A stretch of DNA of 63,373 nt from a virus (IMGVR_UViG_3300028854_000008:1-63373); one strand, 5' to 3'. Numbered from the stretch's first letter, positions 41,001 to 50,275 are shown. Made by a program: numbers and translations. The notes: generated by a model from the sequence alone, not told the origin.

Positions 41001-41682
41001 TATTCCCAATGATTATCTATTTGAAGATTTTCAAAATATATATTTAGATGCATACAATACTGGGTATATCAAAGGATGTACCACATATCGTTCTGGATCA
41101 ATGACTTCTGTTCTTTCAGCAGTTGATCAAAAAAATGATGATATAGATGAAGAAGTTATTTTAGAAGATGTAAAATTGCCTGATAATATGTCTGCTGAAA
41201 TGAAAGTTCTGCATGATCATGAAGGTGATAGTAGTCGTAAATGGTATGTAACGATTAGTTTGAATGAAAATAAAGCACCAGTGGCAATATTTGTTCAAAC
41301 CAATGCAATGGAAAAATCAGTAACAACGAATGATGCTATTGAAAAATTATTTGCGTTGGCTAAAGTAAAAGGTATTCCAGAACAATATATAGAATCAACA
41401 TTTAAAAAATGCAATAATGATTCTAATAGTGTTAAAATTGCTAGAGCAATCGGATTATTATTACGTCATGGAGTAAGAATCAAATATATTGTTGCTGAAA
41501 TAGATAAAGTTGATGGCGTTACTTTTTCAAGTTTTCTATTTCATATTAAAAAGATGCTGGGAAGTTTTGTGAAAGATGGCGAAAAAATTGATGGGGCCAA
41601 ATGCACAGAATGTAATGGTCAACTTGTTTATGAATCAGGGTGCCAGAAATGCCTGCAATGTGGAAATTCAAAATGCGGATGA
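38011..41682 (+). CDS. nrdJ: Class II (B12-dependent) ribonucleotide reductase with intein, C-terminal TSCPD-like domain and Zn ribbon
   Basis: PGGRILANAG, LINCFV, NP-[intein]-CGEQ, CCLGSLNL, RRIGAGLMG, QPTGN, SVSKTIN, KGCTTYR; terminal CxxC...CxxCGxSKCG. Confidence 0.9.
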   Translation: MNDFLVNPHPSQVTVFEDSFSEEVWSNTYKNYKDKDINDTFNRVAQAIASVEKTEDLRKEWAEKFYDMMCNFSVVPGGRILANAGTEFRGTSLINCFVGPTPKYDCDSLSGILEVLRSQSITLKSEGGWGKNFSFIRPRGTFIKGIGVETPGAVKFMELFDKSSEIITAGSGKKASNKKAKGKIRKGAMMGILDISHPDIIEFITIKQTSNRLSKFNLSINCSDKFMDKVLLVSKLKKESGSQEQIDEITWDLIFPDTTYEKYKEEWCGDIQDWQEKNYPVIVYQTVKVDWLWNLITQSTYSRNEPGILFLDRANKFNELNYAEKIFASNPCVTLDSWVTTSRGAKQVKELLGIPFTAIVDGICWNSSEKGFFVSGNKPILKISTINGYTLKVTENHKIKILRNNKIDWIAAGKLSIGDQIFINNHSSVDVKISEKNDAIGYALGLLVGDGNISGKNAHLCSWGNTEGVKNVRNKVMQELLQYASPAKTFKGWHEVKGRNEYRIQFKDLHSYAISYGLTSSNKHVNKTIEEDIYISKGFIRGMFDAYGSVQGNRDTGLSIRLSQSNLEDLQAIQRMLVRWGIVSTIYENKRDECLKDMPDGKGGKKEYLCKANHELVLSKSNIEKYLNIIGFYDSDKKEKCERLLTEYVYGLHKETYLAEISSIENFPNEIVADCEIPGINAFDCNGLVISNCGEQLLSNENICCLGSLNLTQFINKNRTGFDLHKLAKYTKYLIRFLDNVNDYSDAPLPEYINSMRNKRRIGAGLMGWGSALFILKVKYGSKESTKLRTEILKTYTLAGVEASLDLADEKGMFNLCEPEKHAFSPYWDNIDLPENLRKRILKNGIRNSSLFSCQPTGNAGVTAQIVSGGIEPVFMSEYIRTVIVSSTPDHIKDVTPNWNQGEWAETNMFKFSQEGDEQILRGVDSNGVVYKIDKNRGLTKEVLCQDYGVRYLTKFGEWNPSADWAATTTSLSVKDHLVELEGFAKYLDSSVSKTINIPNDYLFEDFQNIYLDAYNTGYIKGCTTYRSGSMTSVLSAVDQKNDDIDEEVILEDVKLPDNMSAEMKVLHDHEGDSSRKWYVTISLNENKAPVAIFVQTNAMEKSVTTNDAIEKLFALAKVKGIPEQYIESTFKKCNNDSNSVKIARAIGLLLRHGVRIKYIVAEIDKVDGVTFSSFLFHIKKMLGSFVKDGEKIDGAKCTECNGQLVYESGCQKCLQCGNSKCG
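39004..40086 (+). mobile_element. Intein (361 aa) with LAGLIDADG homing-endonuclease domain inserted at the RNR active-site NPCxE motif
   Basis: Starts CVTLDSW, block B VTENH, LGLLVGDG and GMFDAYG motifs, ends VISN before extein Cys. Confidence 0.92.
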
Positions 41683-41692
41683 AGGGGGAATT

Positions 41693-42565
41693 ATGGGTTG
41701 GACTCAAACTATGGATGGGGACTTTGTGTGGAATACTATGAGAAAACCAAGAAAGAAATCTACAAAAAATCTGTGGGAGTTCATTTTTAATGAAAATCCC
41801 ACAGAACAGGAAAAGTTAGAGGCTGTTAAACAAAATGGTTTGCTGCTCGAATTTATTGAAAATCCTTCATATGAAATAATGACAGAAGCTGTACGACAAA
41901 ATGGAATGGCGATTAGATTAATTGACAATCCAGATGATGATTTAAAAATTGTAGCAGTTAAACAAAATGGTTATGTTTTAAAATTTATTGATATTCCAAA
42001 TGATAAAATTATAAAAGAAGCAATAAAAAAGGATTATATTCTAATTAAAACACAAAAAAATCCAAGTGAAGAAATTCAATTAATTGCTGTTAAAAAGAGC
42101 AAATCGGCATTTAAGTTGATTGGGAACCCAACAGAATTGGTTCAAATTTATTGTGTTGAGAAAGAATCAAAGCTAGTTGAATATATAAGCAATCCGTCTA
42201 TGGCAGTTCAACTAGCTTTGGTTAATAAAAATCCATATGGTATTAGATATATTAAAAATCCACCAGAAGAAATTCAATTAGCTGCGCTGGCAAAAAACAA
42301 AAATGTATTAAAATTAATAAATAATCCCAGCGAAAATATACAAATTATTATGGTTAAAAAATGTGGAAGTTCGCTTTCATTATTTCCAAATGCAAGTAAA
42401 GAAGTTCAAATGGCAGCGATCAACAAAGCTGCAACAGCCATTAAATATGTTAAATTTCCAGATGAAGAATTACAAATGACTGCTGTGCAAAAAAAGAAAA
42501 GTGCATTGAATTTCATTAAACATCCAACTGCTGCTGTGAGAATGATGGCAAAAATAGGCTACTAA
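41693..42565 (+). CDS. Solenoid protein of ~11 degenerate 22-aa (DUF4116-like) repeats
   Basis: Repeats such as NPTEQEKLEAVKQNGLLLEFIE. Confidence 0.8.
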   Translation: MGWTQTMDGDFVWNTMRKPRKKSTKNLWEFIFNENPTEQEKLEAVKQNGLLLEFIENPSYEIMTEAVRQNGMAIRLIDNPDDDLKIVAVKQNGYVLKFIDIPNDKIIKEAIKKDYILIKTQKNPSEEIQLIAVKKSKSAFKLIGNPTELVQIYCVEKESKLVEYISNPSMAVQLALVNKNPYGIRYIKNPPEEIQLAALAKNKNVLKLINNPSENIQIIMVKKCGSSLSLFPNASKEVQMAAINKAATAIKYVKFPDEELQMTAVQKKKSALNFIKHPTAAVRMMAKIGY

Positions 42566-42573
42566 TATTTGGG

Positions 42574-42602
42574 TTGACAATTGCAAATTTATTTGATATA
42601 CT
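42574..42602 (+). promoter_or_regulatory. sigma70-like promoter
   Basis: TTGACA-N17-TATACT. Confidence 0.75.
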
Positions 42603-42737
42603 CTTAATATGTTCAAGAAAAAGAGTCTACCACTGACGGATTTCTTCAGCGATACAGAGAACGCTCCAAAATTTAAAGTCAAGCGCGAATATTGCTCTGG
42701 CCCATCGCGCGGGATGATAACCACTGAGATTACTACT

Positions 42738-42836
42738 AAATCCTTTAAAATCAACAAGTTGGTTAAGAACAAAAAGAGCGGAAATTATCGTGTTCTTTCT
42801 GTTGAAAAACTCTAAGTTGTTGATTTTAAAGGATTT
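42738..42836. repeat. Perfect 20-bp inverted repeat (59-nt spacer) directly upstream of a promoter
   Basis: AAATCCTTTAAAATCAACAA (42738-42757) / TTGTTGATTTTAAAGGATTT (42817-42836). Confidence 0.9.
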
Positions 42837-42844
42837 CTTTTTTG

Positions 42845-42873
42845 TTGACTTCCATCCCAAACTTTGATATACT
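42845..42873 (+). promoter_or_regulatory. sigma70-like promoter
   Basis: TTGACT-N17-TATACT. Confidence 0.75.
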
Positions 42874-42903
42874 ATATTTGTTAGTGAGAAAGAAGAGAAC
42901 AAA

Positions 42904-43248
42904 ATGGCAAAAGTTCATCGTGGTTACATTTTTAAGACTGACGGGACAATTGTAAAAGTCCGTCCTGCAAATGGCAAGAAATTTGACTACAAAGAATTGA
43001 ATCTGGCAGTCGGCGGATACATTGAATCATTGGTCAGCGGCATCAAGAATTGTAGACAGATGTACGCAAACGAAGAGGGTATGCTGAAAAATTTGCCTCC
43101 CAATCCACATACGCAAAATATTTGCAATATGAAAGTTTACGCTATGAATGGATACACGCCGTATTGGCGCGTTTCTGGAAATATAATTTCCATTCTTTCT
43201 GAAGAGTCAACTACTGATATTCTTCCAACTGTTTCTGAAGTTCTGTAA
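42904..43248 (+). CDS. DUF3846-like protein
   Basis: ELNLAVGGYIE, YANEEG, LPPN, GN. Confidence 0.7.
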   Translation: MAKVHRGYIFKTDGTIVKVRPANGKKFDYKELNLAVGGYIESLVSGIKNCRQMYANEEGMLKNLPPNPHTQNICNMKVYAMNGYTPYWRVSGNIISILSEESTTDILPTVSEVL

Positions 43249-43263
43249 ACCAGAAAGGAATCA

Positions 43264-43455
43264 ATGAAAGATACACAGAAGTATAAAGTCGAAGGAAATG
43301 TGAATACCATCGCTGTTTTGTCGAGTGCTACAAAAGCTGAAAAGCTTGCGAGAGATCATTCTGATGAACACCAATATGCTGCGGTGTATTCGCGTGAATA
43401 TCCAGGAGCTGAATATATGCTTTATAGTTCCTTTAGAAGTGGAAGGAGAAATTAA
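43264..43455 (+). CDS. Hypothetical protein
   Basis: SD AAAGGA; coupled to the next gene. Confidence 0.6.
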   Translation: MKDTQKYKVEGNVNTIAVLSSATKAEKLARDHSDEHQYAAVYSREYPGAEYMLYSSFRSGRRN

Positions 43456-43895
43456 TGACAAGCGTATTTCCAACAACAGGAATGGTGATAATTAACTCGA
43501 ATTGGCGTAAGAGAAATGTTTCTGTTCATCCTCTTGAGCAAGCTGCTGTTGACGTTATACAAGCTATCAATGATCTTCCTGTTACAGATTATGGAAAGAG
43601 GCAAAATGAAGGAAATGGGATGGCTCGGTCTGAATATTGCTTGCAGAGAGCATTAATATTGATCAATAATCAAATTAACAAAGACAAGTTGCCAGTTCAT
43701 CCTCTTAGCATGGCTTGTAATGATATTCTCACTGTTTTGACAGAATATGCAACAGTCGATTATGCAAAGATTCAGTATGATGAAACTGTATTGAAGTCTA
43801 CTGATACTATTCTTCACAGTACACTTGATTTGGTTATTGATCAAATCGCAAAAGACAATGGAAACCAACTACCGCAGCATATCATTGTTACTTGA
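43455..43895 (+). CDS. Hypothetical protein with internal duplication
   Basis: VHPLEQAAVDVIQAINDLPVTDY / VHPLSMACNDILTVLTEYATVDY. Confidence 0.65.
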   Translation: MTSVFPTTGMVIINSNWRKRNVSVHPLEQAAVDVIQAINDLPVTDYGKRQNEGNGMARSEYCLQRALILINNQINKDKLPVHPLSMACNDILTVLTEYATVDYAKIQYDETVLKSTDTILHSTLDLVIDQIAKDNGNQLPQHIIVT

Positions 43896-43905
43896 GGAGT
43901 TAATT

Positions 43906-44214
43906 ATGAACAAATCAAAAATTACAAAAGAAATTCTCCCAATCAATGATGCAATTGATCATCCTCTTGTAGTTGGAGATTTTGTGACTGCTGTTTGGGA
44001 TAGTGGCAATCTTTGCTTATTCAAAGTAATGGGATTCGCAAAAAGAAAACGCTGGCTGTTATCTGGGGAAACTTATATTAAGCTAGATCGTGTAAAAAAT
44101 ACTGCTGCTTGGACCAGATATGAAAATGTAAAAAGGAAGCCTGTGCTCAAAAGAGGAGAGCAAGTGACTTGGGTTGATCCAAACTATGTTTTAATTCACT
44201 TTTTGAGCCAGTAA
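43906..44214 (+). CDS. KOW/SH3-like family member
   Basis: DAIDHPLVVGDFV...YVLIHFLSQ. Confidence 0.65.
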   Translation: MNKSKITKEILPINDAIDHPLVVGDFVTAVWDSGNLCLFKVMGFAKRKRWLLSGETYIKLDRVKNTAAWTRYENVKRKPVLKRGEQVTWVDPNYVLIHFLSQ

Positions 44215-44217
44215 AAC

Positions 44218-44363
44218 ATGGAAATATAATATTGAGATATATTACTAGAAGAAAAAGACAATATACTGCTTTTTATAAAAAATGACAGTGATGAATTTCT
44301 TTAGATGAAAGCATGAGAATCAATTCAAAAAGATATTGAAGAAAAATTGATGAGGCAATTATG
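44218..44363 (+). pseudogene. Possible decayed W-motif family gene
   Basis: Conceptual KA*ESIQK/DIEEKLMRQL matches the AWxxIQxxLxxKL terminus. Confidence 0.35.
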
Positions 44364-44672
44364 ACAGAAAAAGATTTTTCAAAATTCACAGGATATGATG
44401 CTTTCGGTCAATCAGTTGTCGCTGGAGATTATGTTTCTGCTCCTTTTGGAGACAATAGCGATGCTACTTTATTTGTAGTTGATCGCATACTTCCTAATTG
44501 GAAAGGAAAATATGGCTCTGGTGGAGGAATATTACTATCTATTCATAACAGAGAATCAAAATATTTGTCTGAATGGCAGCGAAGAAACACCAAATTTACC
44601 ACTGTTCGTGTCTATAAGCAAGTTGTAAAATTGCTTCCGAGCCAAGTGATGCCGTATTTGCTTAGTAAGTAA
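44361..44672 (+). CDS. KOW/SH3-like family member
   Basis: DAFGQSVVAGDYV...QVMPYLLSK. Confidence 0.65.
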   Translation: MTEKDFSKFTGYDAFGQSVVAGDYVSAPFGDNSDATLFVVDRILPNWKGKYGSGGGILLSIHNRESKYLSEWQRRNTKFTTVRVYKQVVKLLPSQVMPYLLSK

Positions 44673-44852
44673 AGGAGAAAATTTGGAACTAAATGATAAA
44701 ACATTAGCTGAATTAGCAGAATATTTGCAAATGAGATATGCTCGTTGCAATAAAAATATAGAGTTATTAGGGGACGTGCAAACTACATTGAGTTGGTTTA
44801 CCCTTATATGGGAAAGAGATTTTTTCCGTGATAAATTTTTGGAAAAATAATT

Positions 44853-45356
44853 ATGAATGAAAAAGAACAAATGGCTGCTGTTCGACAAGATGGTCGTGCA
44901 ATTGAATACATCGACAATCCAAGCGAAGCTGTGCAACTGGCTGCTGTTCAACAAAATTATCGTGCAATTCAATACATCGACAAGCCAAGCGAAGCTGTGC
45001 AAATGGCTGCTGTTCAAGAAACTAGTCGGGCAATTTGCTACATCGACAAGCCAAGCGAAGCTGTGCAACTGGCTGCTATTCAACAAAATGGTTGTGCAAT
45101 TTACCACATCAGCAAGCCAAGCGAAGCTGTGCAACTGGCTGCTGTTCAACAATATGGTCGTGCAATTCAATACATCAGGAATCCAAGCGAAGCTGTGCAA
45201 ATGGCTGCTGTTCGACAAGATGGTCGTGCAATTGTATTCATCGACAATCCAACTGAAGCCATGCAAATGGCTGCTATTCAACAAAATGGTAAGGCAATTG
45301 AATATATCAAGAAGCCAACAATTAATGTCAAATTAGTGGCTAAATTGGTGTCTTAA
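44853..45356 (+). CDS. 22-aa tandem-repeat (DUF4116-like) protein, 7 units
   Basis: 66-nt near-identical units encoding PSEAVQ(L/M)AAVQQxGRAIxYI. Confidence 0.85.
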   Translation: MNEKEQMAAVRQDGRAIEYIDNPSEAVQLAAVQQNYRAIQYIDKPSEAVQMAAVQETSRAICYIDKPSEAVQLAAIQQNGCAIYHISKPSEAVQLAAVQQYGRAIQYIRNPSEAVQMAAVRQDGRAIVFIDNPTEAMQMAAIQQNGKAIEYIKKPTINVKLVAKLVS

Positions 45357-45415
45357 AATATTCAAAACAAAGCACTTATTTTATTGTTGACAAACAACCC
45401 AAACTTTGGTACTAT
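45354..45415 (+). promoter_or_regulatory. Conserved upstream element plus sigma70-like promoter
   Basis: AAAATATTCAAAACAAAGCACTTA, then TTGACA(45387)-N17-TACTAT. Confidence 0.7.
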
Positions 45416-45421
45416 TTAATA

Positions 45422-45763
45422 GTGAGGGGAAATATGACCATTGAATTGACTCGTGAAGGGATCAATGAACAGCTCAGAACGAATGATAGAGCAGTTGCTC
45501 GTGCTCTCATTGTAATCAACAACAATCAGACTTTTGATGAGCAAGCGTGTGAGCAAACCACGCATCACAATGGAACTGGATTTACCAGTTTTGACGCGAA
45601 AATGGGAACTTCAATGGCTAATTTCTATGTAAAGTATTGCTATCTTTCGCCTAGGCAGTTGGCGTATTGGCGCAAACTTGACAAGAATGGAAACATTCGC
45701 ATTGGCAAATATTGGCGGCAACTAGTTGACGCTGCAAATGCCAAGAAAAAGGTGGCTGTTTAA
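45422..45763 (+). CDS. Hypothetical early protein
   Basis: First gene after the promoter, with SD GAGG. Confidence 0.7.
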   Translation: MRGNMTIELTREGINEQLRTNDRAVARALIVINNNQTFDEQACEQTTHHNGTGFTSFDAKMGTSMANFYVKYCYLSPRQLAYWRKLDKNGNIRIGKYWRQLVDAANAKKKVAV

Positions 45764-46473
45764 TGAAAATTAGTTTTCCGTCAATCGCCAATGAAAACTC
45801 GTATGTTTATACGTTTGACAGTTATAGCTATAACAATTCTTCAGCAATTTGTTCTGATTTTTTATATAAGAAAATAAATGACGAAAAATGGTCCCTCGAC
45901 CATTCAGTAACAGTTGATTTGTTGGGAGATTATTTGGCATCATTATCTCTCGCCATGCTATCAAATGATGATTTGAGTCGAGAAATTTCTTGGAAACTTC
46001 CTTCCGAAGTTAACAAAAATGAAATTGAATTTGCATCGTCTATAACTTATAAAAGTGGAAGCAAGACGCGCTATTATTCAATGGAATTGAGAAAAATTTC
46101 TTCAGTTCAATCAAAGAAATATGATCGCAGATTTGAACAAATAAACAGTGATATGGATGGCTCCCCAAGATCAATTTTTGAATTAATAACTGGCAATAAT
46201 GGCTGGTCTAATTTATATAAATACGGTCTTGCCGCTGAAATTCGTGACTGGTTATTTAACAATGGAAACAAACGCACAAAGCGCAAGAGTTCTTATATGC
46301 AGCCACCGGCTGAATTTTTGAATTGGACTTCTGATGATACCAAAGTTCATGAAATTAGAAATGGTTGGGAAGCTTGTAAATTTGCTATCGCTTCTTATCA
46401 AGCAAAACAAAATGTAGCGTCATCCATTTCTTGTTTTAAGAATTATGCACTTCAATCAAAGTTGGAGAAATAA
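45763..46473 (+). CDS. Hypothetical protein
   Basis: 236 aa, TAATG coupling. Confidence 0.7.
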   Translation: MKISFPSIANENSYVYTFDSYSYNNSSAICSDFLYKKINDEKWSLDHSVTVDLLGDYLASLSLAMLSNDDLSREISWKLPSEVNKNEIEFASSITYKSGSKTRYYSMELRKISSVQSKKYDRRFEQINSDMDGSPRSIFELITGNNGWSNLYKYGLAAEIRDWLFNNGNKRTKRKSSYMQPPAEFLNWTSDDTKVHEIRNGWEACKFAIASYQAKQNVASSISCFKNYALQSKLEK

Positions 46474-46793
46474 TGAAAAGATCAGAACGCCGTAAATTTA
46501 TTTCCAAACTGTTTGCAGATTTGAATTGGTTAAAATCAAAAGAAAATGCTGATCGAATGGAGTATAAAGGAATCATAGCAACTGGAATTGCGCAAGACGC
46601 AGCCGCTATGATTTTTGATTTTGCTGAAAAAGAAAATATATCTTTAATTCAATTATTGGATTGGTTAGTACTTGGTATTGCCATGCAGCGTGATCCAGAT
46701 AGCCAACTTAGAAAAGATTTTATGAAAATATGGCAAGCGATTGAACCACTGGCAGTAGAAGATTTCAGAAAAAGAATTAAAAGAGGAGAATAA
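46473..46793 (+). CDS. Hypothetical protein
   Basis: 106 aa, coupled. Confidence 0.65.
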   Translation: MKRSERRKFISKLFADLNWLKSKENADRMEYKGIIATGIAQDAAAMIFDFAEKENISLIQLLDWLVLGIAMQRDPDSQLRKDFMKIWQAIEPLAVEDFRKRIKRGE

Positions 46794-46796
46794 TGA

Positions 46797-47018
46797 ATGA
46801 TATTACTAATTTATGTCTTGTGTGGTTGCATTTACTATGGATTTAGTTATGCTTCTGGCTCTACTTTTCACTTAATGTCAACTAATTCTCAAAGTGAAAA
46901 GTTACGCGAATATTCTGAATCAGATAATAAGATAAAGCAATCATTTGCAAAATTTATGGTGATTCTAACAGTTGTTCTCAAATGGCCAGAAATTTTATTT
47001 AAAGAATTAACACGATAA
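46797..47018 (+). CDS. Small membrane protein
   Basis: Two hydrophobic segments. Confidence 0.55.
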   Translation: MILLIYVLCGCIYYGFSYASGSTFHLMSTNSQSEKLREYSESDNKIKQSFAKFMVILTVVLKWPEILFKELTR

Positions 47019-47033
47019 GAAAGGAAAATCATT

Positions 47034-47231
47034 ATGATGGGATTACTCTATAAGTCCAAAAAGTTATTGAAAGAATCAGTTGGTAAGCCTCTGCGTTATG
47101 AAGAGACTTCGATGTTTGGCGAAGAATATAAATCAAACGGAAAGTTTTGTGGCGTTGGCCCAAGTCCATATGAGCGCAAGTGGTATGCAGAAGTGACTAT
47201 GGAAAATGGTTTAATAAAGAAAGTCTCTTGA
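47034..47231 (+). CDS. Hypothetical protein
   Basis: 65 aa, SD AAAGG. Confidence 0.6.
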   Translation: MMGLLYKSKKLLKESVGKPLRYEETSMFGEEYKSNGKFCGVGPSPYERKWYAEVTMENGLIKKVS

Positions 47232-47513
47232 AAGGAGAATTTATGTTACCGCCAAAAGGTTTTAGAGTTATAAAGATTAGACAATCTCCCACTCTTACCA
47301 CTCTTCTTAAAACAGTTTTCTGTATTTGTGGAATGGCGACACTTGGAATTATTGCTTATCTTTTCATCATTTTGAGTTAAAACCATGACAAATAAAATTT
47401 GGTCATGAAAGGTAATCGACATATCTATTTAATTTTTTATTCAGATAGAATTGAACAGATTACTCCAGAATAAGCATTTATTTACAAATTATCAGAATAG
47501 AGGGAAATTTTAA

Positions 47514-48599
47514 ATGATTAATTTTTTGATTTTGTTTTTTGTTCCATTGACTGTGGCAATTATTATTCATTTGCTGTTGCACAAAAATGTGTCGTGGATT
47601 GATGTTGCTATTCAATCTGGAATTGTTGCTGCATTCATAGGAATTTCTTTGACTGTTTGCTATTATTCTACTATTACAGACACAGAAATTTGGAATGGAC
47701 AGATCACTGCTAGATCAACATATCATGTGAGTTGTTCTCACAGTTATAGGTGTAATTGCTATATAACAAGTGATAGTAAAGGAAATACTACTGAGCATTG
47801 CTCGACTTGTTATGAACATAATTATGACGTGGATTGGGAATTGGATTCTAATACTGGAGAAAAAGTTTTAATTGATCGAATTGATCGTCAAGGACTTAAT
47901 ATGCCTGATCGATGGGCCAAAGCATATATTGGCGAACCATTTTCAAGTTCTCATAGTTTTCAAAATTATATTAAGGCTAATCCTGATTCTGTTTTGTTTG
48001 GATCAACTGGTGATGTAGAAAAGTACAAGCAATGGATTCCAAAATATCCTGACACTATTTATGATTATTACCGTCATGATTCAGTAATTAATATGGGAGT
48101 TCCAAATCTTGATTTAAATGTTTGGAATTGGTTGATTCAAAATGACAATAAAATTGTGGGACCATTAAAACAAGCAAATATCATTTTGATTTTTGTCCCA
48201 TTGTCAAATCGTGACTATGTTGCTGCATTAAAAGATGCATGGTTTGGTGGAAAAAAGAATGACATTGATATTATCATTGGCTCTAAAAATGGGCATACTA
48301 TTGATTTTGTGGATGTAATGAGTTGGACAACTAATCCAGCATTTAAAGTTCAATTGAAGAATGAAATATCAACGATTGGCACACTGGATCAACGAGATCA
48401 AATTAACTCAGCAATTTTTAATACGACTAAAGATAAATTCGTTCGTTTGCATATGAAAGATATGAAATATTTAATGCGTTCATATCAACCGTCACGAAAG
48501 TCAATGATTATTATTTTTGTGATTAGTTTGATTTTTAGTATTGCGTATCCAGTAGTGAAATGGTTCGCGCTCAACAACAGTGATCCAAATGACTATTAA
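47514..48599 (+). CDS. Membrane protein with a large periplasmic domain
   Basis: Two N-terminal TM helices, Cys-rich insert, one C-terminal TM. Confidence 0.7.
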   Translation: MINFLILFFVPLTVAIIIHLLLHKNVSWIDVAIQSGIVAAFIGISLTVCYYSTITDTEIWNGQITARSTYHVSCSHSYRCNCYITSDSKGNTTEHCSTCYEHNYDVDWELDSNTGEKVLIDRIDRQGLNMPDRWAKAYIGEPFSSSHSFQNYIKANPDSVLFGSTGDVEKYKQWIPKYPDTIYDYYRHDSVINMGVPNLDLNVWNWLIQNDNKIVGPLKQANIILIFVPLSNRDYVAALKDAWFGGKKNDIDIIIGSKNGHTIDFVDVMSWTTNPAFKVQLKNEISTIGTLDQRDQINSAIFNTTKDKFVRLHMKDMKYLMRSYQPSRKSMIIIFVISLIFSIAYPVVKWFALNNSDPNDY

Positions 48600-48744
48600 T
48601 TGGATAAATCATGAATGATTTTGACATTTTATGAAGCTGTAGAAATTCATGTTATTGTAATATTTTTGATTCTTATTGGCGGAATTAGAATTGGACAAGG
48701 TTCTGTAAAGTAATTTAACTTTTAACTTTGAAAAGGAGAAGAAT

Positions 48745-49335
48745 ATGAAGTATGCTTTGATTGCAGTTGGTTTAGTAGTAGTTTTGGCTGTTCTAGTTTT
48801 TGGATCATTGGGAATTGGTTATGTTGGATTCAGTAATGATGCGAATCGTTTTGAAGCTGACATTCCTGCGCAGTATGTTCAAATGCAGAATGTATATGAT
48901 AATGGATGGAAGGAAGTGATGGAAACATCGCAAGTTCCTGAAAATTATACTGAGGATATGAAGAATGTTTGGCAAGCTTCTTTAACTGGTCGATATGGGG
49001 CGAACGGAAGTCAAGCAGTACTTCAATTTATCAAAGAAAGCAATCCCAACATGGATGCAAGTTTATATAAGCAAGTCCAGGAGAAGATCGAAGAGTTCCA
49101 TAGTACATTTTCAACTTCGCAGACTCGTATTATTAGTTTGAAGCAATCATACAATCAATATTTGACAGCCACAACTTCTGGTCGATTTTATAATATGGTT
49201 GGGCATTATCCTCATCTTCGTGTTGGTATCCCATATGGTTCTGTTGATGATTTTGCAATTTTGACCTCTGGAAAGACTACACAAGACTTCAAAAATCACT
49301 CTGCTGAGGTATTGCAGCTTAGACCAAAGAAGTAA
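48745..49335 (+). CDS. LemA-like membrane-anchored protein
   Basis: N-terminal TM then helical bundle, ending YNQY...FYN. Confidence 0.5.
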   Translation: MKYALIAVGLVVVLAVLVFGSLGIGYVGFSNDANRFEADIPAQYVQMQNVYDNGWKEVMETSQVPENYTEDMKNVWQASLTGRYGANGSQAVLQFIKESNPNMDASLYKQVQEKIEEFHSTFSTSQTRIISLKQSYNQYLTATTSGRFYNMVGHYPHLRVGIPYGSVDDFAILTSGKTTQDFKNHSAEVLQLRPKK

Positions 49336-49402
49336 CTTGTTGAAACTAAATAACTTAAAAGCCAATATTTTTATTGACATTGGCTTTTTAATTTGATATA
49401 CT
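49333..49402 (+). promoter_or_regulatory. Conserved upstream element plus sigma70-like promoter; IR AAAAGCCAAT/ATTGGCTTTT straddles the -35
   Basis: TAACTTGTTGAAACTAAATAACTTA; TTGACA(49374)-N17-TATACT. Confidence 0.7.
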
Positions 49403-49419
49403 TGTATTTAGGTGAGCAT

Positions 49420-49635
49420 ATGAGAGATTGCACTGGTGAACAGCTAAAAGCAGGAGATTATATTTTATATAATGCTATTTTCAATGATAATAATTATTTT
49501 TTCTGCGTTACTTCAACAAATAATTTTGTGACTAAAGTGAAAAATATGGAAGGAGGACGATATACAGTATCGATTCCAGAAAGAATCAAATTGCTTTCTA
49601 AAGAGGAAGCATTGATTTATAAGCTGGGACAATGA
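49420..49635 (+). CDS. KOW/SH3-like family member
   Basis: MRDCTGEQLKAGDYI...KEEALIYKLGQ. Confidence 0.7.
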   Translation: MRDCTGEQLKAGDYILYNAIFNDNNYFFCVTSTNNFVTKVKNMEGGRYTVSIPERIKLLSKEEALIYKLGQ

Positions 49636-49673
49636 CAGATAAAAATGGAACAGAGTTAAAAGTTTTTATTTGA
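49632..49673 (+). pseudogene. 13-codon stub of a KOW-family gene
   Basis: MTDKNGTELKVFI*; nucleotide junction nearly identical to 52951-52995. Confidence 0.6.
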
Positions 49674-49779
49674 AAATCAACAAAAATAAGAAGGAGGAGA
49701 ATAAAATGATATTTGTGTTTCTTGTTATATTTTTTATTTGCATCGCAATTTTTGGTGAAGTTGAAAAAGGGGATAAATA

Positions 49780-50223
49780 ATGGAAAATGAGAAGAGATTT
49801 TATATTTTGGTTCCTAAAACAGTTCAAGTGAAGACTGTAGTAAATACGCAGCATATGGTATCAAGTACAATCGAGACATATCCAGTTGAAACAATAACGT
49901 CTTTTAGAATGGTTCCTGGTCGTTTGCTGGCGCAGACTTTTCATATTGGTAGAAAGATCGAGTCGTGGCGGCGATCCTTGGGAATTCAATATGAAGATAT
50001 TACAGCAATTTCTCTCAGCGTCCGTAATACTCGTGAATTGCAAAAAGTTAGCAAGGAATTGATGAGTTTCAAGCTTCGTGAACCTGCTTTTTACGATGAA
50101 TTTTACGACACAAATCTTGATTTTTATGGTACGACTGATAGCGTTCAAACTGCGACAGTTATTGGGCCAGTTTTTAAGGAAGAGTTGGACAGTATTATTG
50201 GCCATTTAGAACTGTATGAATAA
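49780..50223 (+). CDS. Pth2-like (peptidyl-tRNA hydrolase 2 fold) protein
   Basis: GRLLAQTFH, ISLSVRNTRELQ, final TATVIGP. Confidence 0.55.
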   Translation: MENEKRFYILVPKTVQVKTVVNTQHMVSSTIETYPVETITSFRMVPGRLLAQTFHIGRKIESWRRSLGIQYEDITAISLSVRNTRELQKVSKELMSFKLREPAFYDEFYDTNLDFYGTTDSVQTATVIGPVFKEELDSIIGHLELYE

Positions 50224-50246
50224 GAAACAAAGAACTTATTTTCTTA

Positions 50247-50275
50247 TTGACAAATAAATTTATTTAGGATATTCT
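50247..50275 (+). promoter_or_regulatory. sigma70-like promoter
   Basis: TTGACA-N17-TATTCT; upstream AAACAAAGAACTTA. Confidence 0.7.

Noticed and set aside
42609-42815. 68-aa ORF spanning the inverted repeat
   Set aside because: No SD and its 3' half is the regulatory inverted repeat; coding status is unsupported
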